NCBI GenBank assembly: GCA_002348365.1
Contig: DEBC01000130.1
Location: 106,281 to 162,943 of the forward strand
From: Alphaproteobacteria bacterium UBA2966
GTDB lineage: Bacteria; Pseudomonadota; Alphaproteobacteria; UBA2966
Length of the DNA: 56,663 nucleotides
Direction: 5' to 3'
Under the pieces are notes generated by a model. It worked only from the letters and a program-made list of their open reading frames with translations. It searched no databases and was not told the origin of the DNA. The position numbers were made by a program, and so were the translations under genes. This document shows positions 48,341 to 56,663 of the stretch, piece by piece; positions within the stretch are counted from its first letter, which is position 1; every line of letters begins with the position of its first letter.

Positions 48341-49921
48341 ATGGTGAAGGTTCTGATTTCCGATCGCATGAGTCCACGGGCGGTCTCGATATTTCATGAT
48401 CGGGGAATTGAAGTTGACGAGCGGTACGATCTCGATCCCGCCGAGCTGTCGGCAGCGATATCGGAATACGACGGTGTTGCCGTCCGTTCGTCAACCAAGC
48501 TGATGGCGGATATTCTCGCGAAGAGCGATCGCCTCAAGGTGATCGGAAGAGCCGGCATTGGTGTTGACAATATTGACGTCCCCGCAGCGACCGCAAAGGG
48601 CGTCGTGGTCATGAACGCACCCTTCGGCAACTCGATCACAACCGCCGAACACGCCATCGCCATGATGCTGGCGCTGGCCCGTCACATACCCCAAGCCGAC
48701 CATTCGACTCAGGGAGGAAAATGGGAGAAGTCCCGTTTTCTCGGAGTGGAGGTTGCGGGAAAGATCCTTGGGGTCGTGGGGTGCGGGAATGTGGGGGCAA
48801 TTGTCGCCGATCGCGCGCAAGGATTGAAAATGAAAGTCCTGGCGTACGATCCCTATCTCTCCGCCGAACGCGCCATAGAGATCGGTGTGGAGAAATCAGA
48901 ATTGGAAGATCTCCTCGCCAGGGCGGATTTCGTATCGCTCCATGCTCCGCTGACCGATGCCACGCGGGGGGTGATCGATGCACGGGCGCTCACCAAAATG
49001 AAGTCAGGGGCAAGGTTGATCAATTGCGCCCGTGGGGGATTGGTTGTCGAGGAAGCGTTAAGAGAAGCGCTGGAGAGTGGACATCTGGCTGGTGCTGCCC
49101 TGGATGTGTTCGCTGAGGAGCCGGCGCGTAACAGTGCATTGTTTGGGTTGGAGAACATGATTGCCACACCTCACCTCGGTGCTTCGACTGCGGAAGCACA
49201 GGAAAATGTGGCTGCCCAGATCGCCGAGCAGATGTCTGACTATCTGCTGGTAGGTGCCGTGAGCAATGCGCTGAACATGCCTGCGGTTTCCGCGGAAGAT
49301 GCGCCCAAGCTACGGCCATACATGGCGCTTGCCAGCCAGTTGGGCCGATTGGTGGGGCAGATTGTCGAATCGGGATTGCGGACGGTCACCATCGAGTTTT
49401 CGGGCGCTGTGACCGCATTGAACACGCGGCCCCTCACGTCTATTGCTTTGGAAGGGCTCCTGGCCCAGCAACTGGATTCGGTCAATATGGTCAATGCCCC
49501 GGTGATTGCCCGCGAACGCAACATTGTCGTCCGCGAGGTCACGACCGAGATCGCCAGCAACTATCAGACGTTGCTTCGACTGATCGTCGAAACAGATGTC
49601 GGGATCCACGATGTTTCCGGCACGTTGTTTTCGGATCAAAACCCTCGTGTCGTGGAGATCGACGGTATCAAGGTTGAGGCCGAACTGGGACGGCACATGA
49701 TTTACCTCAGCAATGAGGACAAACCTGGGATCATCGGCAGTCTCGGCACGACATTGGGCAACGCCGGCGTGAACATCGCGACGTTCCATTTGGGTCGGGC
49801 AAATCTCGGCGGAGATGCAATGGCCCTGATCCAGGTGGATGACGCTATCGAAGAAGGCGTGCTCTCCCGTCTGCGGAATTTATCCCACGTCAAACAGGTC
49901 AGGGCCCTTCACTTTGAGTGA
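48341..49921 (+). CDS. serA: D-3-phosphoglycerate dehydrogenase
   Basis: GRAGIGVDN, GCGNVG, NCARGG, TPHLGASTAEAQ, C-terminal ACT domain NEDKPGIIG. Confidence 0.96.
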   Translation: MVKVLISDRMSPRAVSIFHDRGIEVDERYDLDPAELSAAISEYDGVAVRSSTKLMADILAKSDRLKVIGRAGIGVDNIDVPAATAKGVVVMNAPFGNSITTAEHAIAMMLALARHIPQADHSTQGGKWEKSRFLGVEVAGKILGVVGCGNVGAIVADRAQGLKMKVLAYDPYLSAERAIEIGVEKSELEDLLARADFVSLHAPLTDATRGVIDARALTKMKSGARLINCARGGLVVEEALREALESGHLAGAALDVFAEEPARNSALFGLENMIATPHLGASTAEAQENVAAQIAEQMSDYLLVGAVSNALNMPAVSAEDAPKLRPYMALASQLGRLVGQIVESGLRTVTIEFSGAVTALNTRPLTSIALEGLLAQQLDSVNMVNAPVIARERNIVVREVTTEIASNYQTLLRLIVETDVGIHDVSGTLFSDQNPRVVEIDGIKVEAELGRHMIYLSNEDKPGIIGSLGTTLGNAGVNIATFHLGRANLGGDAMALIQVDDAIEEGVLSRLRNLSHVKQVRALHFE

Positions 49922-49988
49922 GTACATGAATTTGCACCAAGACAATGTGGCGCCGTAATGAGATTTCCGCGTTACACTCCGCAGCGCC

Positions 49989-51128
49989 ATGAATGACACC
50001 CAACCAAGATCATTGTTGCCGAACGGTTTGCGCGACGCTCTGCCTCCCGAGGCTGGCGCGGAAGCACTCGCCATCGCGCGCTTGTTGGAAGTCTTCCACG
50101 CCAATGCATACGATCGGGTAGATCCGCCACTTGTGGAATTCGAACAAAGCCTGCTCGATGGCCCGGGACAGGTCCTTTCGCCGCAGACCTTCCGTCTCAT
50201 GGATCCGGTATCGCAGCACATGATGGGACTGCGCGCCGACATCACCCCACAAATCGCCAGAATTGCTGCGACGCGCCTCTCTCAGGCCCCTCGTCCGTTG
50301 CGACTGTCTTATGCCGGCCAGGTGCTGCGGGTGCGGGGGAATCAACTGCGCCCCGAACGCCAGTTCGCTCAGGTAGGGGTGGAATTGATCGGGGCTCCGG
50401 AACCAGACGCCGATGTTGAAGTGGTGGTTCTTGCGGCTGAATCTCTTTCCGCGATTGGCATTGAGGACGTCAGCATCGACCTCTCTCTTCCCACACTTGT
50501 TCCCATCGTTTGTCAGGACATCGGGCTGTCCGACAACGAAGCTTCGCGGGCGCGGATTGCTCTGGATCGCAAGGATCCGTCGGCGCTGGCGGGATTCGAG
50601 GCCAGCACGCGTTCCCTGCTGACCGGCTTGCTGGAGGTTGCCGGTCCGGTGGATCAAGCGATTGCAGCATTGGATGGTTTGGCGTTGTCCGAGCGCGCGA
50701 ATGCCATGTGTTCTGGGTTGAAGGAGACGGTGCAGCGGGTGGCATCTGCGGCGCCCGGTCTGGGTCTGACGATTGATCCTGTCGAGTTCCGGGGAATGGA
50801 ATACCAGACCGGAGTGAGCTTCACGATTTTCACGCCGCGCGTTCGGAGCGAGGTCGGTCGTGGCGGTCGCTATGAGCTTAATTCGCAGGAATCAGCGACG
50901 GGATTCACGATGTTTATGGATGCTCTGGTCAGAGCCCTGCCCGAAGCGGATCGCGATGCACTTGTATTCATTCCGCATGGTGCGCCACCCCAATCGGCCG
51001 CACGAATCCGTTCGGAAGGCTGGCGGACGCTTCAAGGCCTTTCGCCGGACGTCGACAATTCTGCCGAGGCACGTCGACTGAAATGCAGTCATGTGCTTCA
51101 GGATGACGAAATCGTCGATGTGAAATGA
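49989..51128 (+). CDS. hisZ: ATP phosphoribosyltransferase regulatory subunit
   Basis: LLPNGLRDALP, LRADITPQIARIA, RLSYAGQV, EYQTG, GRGGRY. Directly upstream of purA. Confidence 0.92.
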   Translation: MNDTQPRSLLPNGLRDALPPEAGAEALAIARLLEVFHANAYDRVDPPLVEFEQSLLDGPGQVLSPQTFRLMDPVSQHMMGLRADITPQIARIAATRLSQAPRPLRLSYAGQVLRVRGNQLRPERQFAQVGVELIGAPEPDADVEVVVLAAESLSAIGIEDVSIDLSLPTLVPIVCQDIGLSDNEASRARIALDRKDPSALAGFEASTRSLLTGLLEVAGPVDQAIAALDGLALSERANAMCSGLKETVQRVASAAPGLGLTIDPVEFRGMEYQTGVSFTIFTPRVRSEVGRGGRYELNSQESATGFTMFMDALVRALPEADRDALVFIPHGAPPQSAARIRSEGWRTLQGLSPDVDNSAEARRLKCSHVLQDDEIVDVK

Positions 51129-51152
51129 GACCAATTTTCCAATCCAGAATAG

Positions 51153-52454
<1,302 letters not shown>

Positions 52455-52510
52455 TGGATTTGGCTGCGGGGAGTCCGGCATCCTACTGGTGTTTGAGGTC
52501 GCTCCGTCGC

Positions 52511-54409
52511 TCAGGCTTCCGCGCCGTCCTGGAACTCCTCCTCCTCTTCTTCTTCGGCCCCTTCCGGCTGGCGCCATACGGCTTCGAAGACGGGGACCGG
52601 TTCAGCGACACCTTTGAATTCCCGGGTGCCGGCGTTTTCGAACTCGAGCGCTCGGCCCGCAGACAGTTCGCGCGCGACTGTTGAAACCAGGATTTGATTC
52701 GCCACAGAGTTTTGCGCCAGCCTCGCGGCGACCTGTACCGTGGTGCCGAAGATGTCGTCCCCTTCGATGATGGGTTCGCCAGCGTTGATGCCAATCTTGA
52801 CGCGCAAGGGAATGTCGCCGTCATCGAGATTGTGCGAATGGAAGCCGCGCTGCATGGTGACCGCGGCGGCGACCGCATCAGCCGACGTATCGAACGCGGC
52901 CATGATTCCTTCGCCGGTGTGTTTGACCTCGTGGCCATTTTCGTCCCGGATCGCCTGACGGACGATCATGTCGTGGGCGCCCGCGACTCGGCGACCCACA
53001 CTCTCGCCATGTTCTTCGGTGATGTCGCCCAGCCCCACCATGTAGGTGAACATCACCGCGATTGTGCCGCCGTCGGCCTTTTTCTTCTCCCGGCGGCTTG
53101 CCGGTGTTGCGAAATCCTCCAGGGCGTGAAGAAGGAAAATCCCGATATCGGTTTCCTTCTCCCAGTCGTCGCCGCCTCGAGGCGCTGCTGGCGCCGTCTC
53201 TGCAGCTTCCTCGCCTTCCTCGCCTTCCGAATCACTGGCGGCAGACGCGGCTGCTTTGCGTTCATCCACCAGATAGGATTCCATCGCCTCGCGCCCCACG
53301 CGGAACATTTCGTTGTGGGACGGCTCCAGGAGATATTCGTCGTATTTTTCAACGAAGCTGCGTGCCTGTTCTGGCTTGCGGCCCATCGCAATGACGCAGG
53401 GCTCCAGGACCTTGGCCTGAACTGAGGCCGGCAATCCTCGTGTCTGGCACAGCACTTCAGCAGCTCCCACGAAGTACAGGTGTCAGCCGAAGGTCATGAG
53501 CGGGTCGAGTTTGCCTGTCTTGGTCGGCAACTCAGCATCGTTGATGAACCGCAGGCAGAGCTCGAAGAACGCCACCATTGTTTCCCGCGCGCCAGTCAGC
53601 TTACCTGCTGTCGCCTTGTCTAGTTTGGGTTCGGGAGGCTCCTCCTCTTCATCTTCTTCGTCATCATCGTCTTCGTCGTCGAAATCGTCATCCTCCTCGT
53701 CCGACGCTGCAGCCCGTGAACGGGCTGGGGCAGCGCCCTGGCGGCTTCCCGTCCTGGCGCCTGTGCGACCGCCGCGGCGCGGCGACGGTTCAGCGTCCGA
53801 ACTGTAGAAGATGGCCTGAAGGTCGCGACCTGTAATCAGTGTCGGTCCGATAACGAAGCTGAAGAGGAAAGAGCCGACGATAATGACCTTCAGCGGAAGG
53901 TCGCGCTCGCCGAGCAGGCTGGCCAAAGAGCTCTCGAAACCAAATCGTGACAGGATGAACCACACGCCACCGGCCAACAGAAGGCTGATGGTGAAGACCA
54001 GGACAAATTTGCGGAAAACAGTCCCGGAACTGGGACCCGCGCTGGCAATCGCACCGTGGCCACGGGATGCGGCAGGGCCGGGTGCATCCTCGAAATCATC
54101 TTCGTTGTCGAGATCGGGTCCCCGTCGGGGCCCACTCGGTTCCGTGCTGGTCTCAGGTTTGACAACCCGTCCGTGCAGGTTCGGTACGTCTTCGGATTTC
54201 GTGTTGCCGTAGACGAGCGTATTGGTGGAAGAGCCTGTATTCGGGTCATAACGCTCGCGCATGACGCCAACGGCATCGTACTGACCAAAGGCGAACAGTT
54301 CTCGCGCCTTGCGGATCGCCGCATCTTTGTCGTGCTCGCCATATTGCTGGGCGAGAACCCGGCGGCCTCGCTGCAATTGGTAGAGGTCGTGTGAAATGTT
54401 ACTGGCCAC
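52511..54409 (-). pseudogene. Membrane-anchored class III adenylate/guanylate cyclase-like gene interrupted by an in-frame TGA (pseudogene or recoded gene)
   Basis: ORFs 53483-54409 and 52511-53470 are in the same frame, joined as LMTFG*HLYFVGAAEVLC. The 5' part has two TM helices and an acidic tract. The 3' part has cyclase motifs VMFT(Y)MVG, VKHTG(E)GIM, VKIGINAGEP, DIFGTTVQVAARL and FKG. Confidence 0.75.
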
Positions 54410-54633
54410 GAGGCTTCCTCACCACCAACTCGTGCTCAATCGCCAAGCACCCGATGTTTTCGTCGCGTAACAGCGACAGTCGAGTCCGGCAAAACTTCAT
54501 ATGTCAGCCGCAATGCCGCCTCACGCGCGACATGCTGATCCCATCGGCGACACGATTGGAGGTCAGTTTAGCGTGACAGTGAGAGGTGCGGCGATCAGGT
54601 GAAGTCCGTTGCGGCGAAAGCATCTTGCATTGG

Positions 54634-55515
54634 TTAAAGAGCGATATTCTCGTCGATTTGGGCGTTCCGGATCGCTTTCTGTAGCTTCTCGAATGCGCGA
54701 ACTTCAATCTGCCGGACACGCTCCCGGCTGATTCCGAACTCCTTGCTGAGATCTTCCAATGTACTGGGATCGTCCTTCAAGCGTCGCTCGGTCAGGATCT
54801 GGCGCTCCCGCTCGTTGAGCGTCTGCATCGCATCGGCGAGCAAATCCCTCCGCTTGCCCAATTCCTCGGTTTCTCCCAGCGCGGTTTCCTGATCCGGCGT
54901 TTCGTCCACCAGCCAGTCCTGCCATTCGCCTTCGCCGTCAACGCGCATGGGCGCATTCAGCGAGTGATCGGCGCCCGACAGCCGGCGGTTCATCTGGACC
55001 ACGTCGTCTTCAGATACATCCAACTTGTCGGCGATAGTTTTAACCGTATCGGGGTGTAGGTCACCTTCTTCAATGGCTTTCAGCTGCCCCTTCAATTTTC
55101 TCAAGTTGAAAAAAAGCTTCTTCTGCGCGGTGGTTGTGCCCATCTTGACCAGGGACCACGAGCGCAGGATGTACTCCTGGATCGATGCCCGTATCCACCA
55201 CATGGCGTAGGTAGCCAACCGGAAGCCCTTGTCGGGCTCAAACCGCTTCACTGCCTGCATGAGGCCGACGTTGCCTTCCGAAATCAGCTCGCCAACCGGC
55301 AATCCATAGCCGCGATAGCCCATGGCGATCTTGGCGACCAGGCGCAAATGACTGGTGACCAGGGTATGAGCGGAATCGACGTCGTCGTGTTCGCGCCAGC
55401 GCTTGGCGAGGATGTACTCCTCCTCGGCGTCGAGCATCGGAAAATTCCGAATTTCCTGGAGATAACGCGAAAGTCCGCCTTCCGGCGAAATGACAGGTAT
55501 GAGATTCTTGGCCAT
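54634..55515 (-). CDS. rpoH: RNA polymerase sigma factor RpoH (sigma32)
   Basis: LVTSHLRLVAKIAMGYRGYGLP, YAMWWIRA, RpoH box QKKLFFNLR, SRERVRQIE. Confidence 0.97.
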   Translation of the reverse strand: MAKNLIPVISPEGGLSRYLQEIRNFPMLDAEEEYILAKRWREHDDVDSAHTLVTSHLRLVAKIAMGYRGYGLPVGELISEGNVGLMQAVKRFEPDKGFRLATYAMWWIRASIQEYILRSWSLVKMGTTTAQKKLFFNLRKLKGQLKAIEEGDLHPDTVKTIADKLDVSEDDVVQMNRRLSGADHSLNAPMRVDGEGEWQDWLVDETPDQETALGETEELGKRRDLLADAMQTLNERERQILTERRLKDDPSTLEDLSKEFGISRERVRQIEVRAFEKLQKAIRNAQIDENIAL

Positions 55516-55677
55516 GGTCGTGCGCTTCATGTGGGCTGTCGCTGGACAGTAATCAACAACACTGCCCACGGCTGTCTATTCCAATCGTCAGATCGCTGTT
55601 CTAACCCGTAAACATGACCAAACTGTGTTCAGATACCGTCTCCGCGGTATCAAGGGTCGGGCGCGATATTCAGATTT

Positions 55678-56646
55678 TCACTTAAGACATTCTAATACAA
55701 CAATTAATTCTGTCATCTCAACCGGCAAATCGGATTTAAACCTGACCGACTGCCCTGTTGCTGGATGCACGAATCCGAGCAGTTCCGCATGTAGAGCCTG
55801 GCGCTCGAAGGCCTGGACGATTGCCCGATCAGTCGCTGAAGCACCTTTCGCCTGCCGTGCCCTGCCATAAAGGCGGTCCCCAACGATGGGATGTCCCAAA
55901 TGAGTCATATGGACGCGAATCTGGTGTGTTCGCCCGGTTGCAAGGCGGCAACTTATGACGCTGGCGGTACCGGCAAGCTGCCGTTGTACCCGATATCGGG
56001 TCAGAGCAGGCTTGCCGCCATGCTGAACGACGGCCATCTTGCGCCGATTCCGGGGGTTTCGGCCAATTGGCGCCTCGATCTCACCGATGAGCGGCTGTGG
56101 AACACCCCAGACGACGGCTCGGTAGGCCCGCTCGATGCTTCGGTCTGCAAATTGTTGGGCCAGCGCGGTGTGTGCTCGATCACTCTTCGCCGCCACGATC
56201 AATCCGCTCGTTTCCTTGTCCAGTCGGTGTACGATTCCAGGCCGGCGGACCCCGCCAATGCCTGACAGGGAATCACCGCAATGGTGGATCAGTGCATTCA
56301 CCAGCGTCCGGTCGGGGTTTCCCGGCGCGGGATGCACAACCAATCCGGCCGGCTTGTCCACGACGATGAGATCGTCGTCCTCGTGGACGATGGCAAGTGG
56401 AATTTGTTGTCCGTCAGGCGTGGGATCGACGGCCGGTGGCACCACAATCACATAGGATTCTCCAGGTTTGACCCGAAATGACGGCTCCGATATCGTCCCT
56501 TCCTCGCCGCTGACGAGGCCCGCTTGAATGAGTGCCTTGATGCGCATACGCGACAGATCTGGCAGGGCGGATGCGAGCACCCGGTCGAGACGCAGGCCGG
56601 CCGCCGAGGCATCGACGGCGACTTTGTGTTTCTCAAACTCGGGCAC
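55678..56646 (-). CDS. rluD: RluA/RluD family 23S rRNA pseudouridine synthase
   Basis: S4-like RLDRVLA, VDKPAGLVVHP, catalytic HRLDKETSG, TGRTHQIRVH, RQALHA. Start is near the window edge. Confidence 0.92.
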   Translation of the reverse strand: MPEFEKHKVAVDASAAGLRLDRVLASALPDLSRMRIKALIQAGLVSGEEGTISEPSFRVKPGESYVIVVPPAVDPTPDGQQIPLAIVHEDDDLIVVDKPAGLVVHPAPGNPDRTLVNALIHHCGDSLSGIGGVRRPGIVHRLDKETSGLIVAAKSDRAHTALAQQFADRSIERAYRAVVWGVPQPLIGEIEAPIGRNPRNRRKMAVVQHGGKPALTRYRVQRQLAGTASVISCRLATGRTHQIRVHMTHLGHPIVGDRLYGRARQAKGASATDRAIVQAFERQALHAELLGFVHPATGQSVRFKSDLPVEMTELIVVLECLK

Positions 56647-56663
56647 GGGCGGCGGTCCTTTGT

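Overview
Chromosomal window from an alphaproteobacterium, roughly 60% GC by eye. The gene order looks Rhodospirillales-like, but this is an inference. Most of it is conserved core: trcR(DUF1013), rpmE, suhB-efp-thiE, zapA-6S RNA-ygfA-ymdB-yebC-ruvCAB, ybgC-tolQRAB-pal-cpoB-tilS-ftsH-folP-glmM-thiD, serC-serA-hisZ-purA, rpoH-rluD. I found no rRNA, tRNA, CRISPR array, transposase, integrase or phage genes. The parts that stand out are: (i) five paralogous SDR dehydrogenases around a Rieske oxygenase with no reductase partner (5.5-11 kb), next to two acyl-CoA ligases; (ii) a membrane-anchored class III nucleotide cyclase-like gene split only by an in-frame UGA that is directly followed by a SECIS-like hairpin, with both metal-binding Asp residues substituted (52.5-54.4 kb); (iii) a non-flagellar MotA/MotB-like pair plus a polyproline/OmpA-like protein downstream of efp; (iv) a two-gene small heat-shock locus with a ROSE thermometer; (v) a class V aminotransferase pseudogene with three frameshifts; (vi) several candidate cis-regulatory RNAs or sRNAs. 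All calls rest on motif recognition by eye, and no database search was run.
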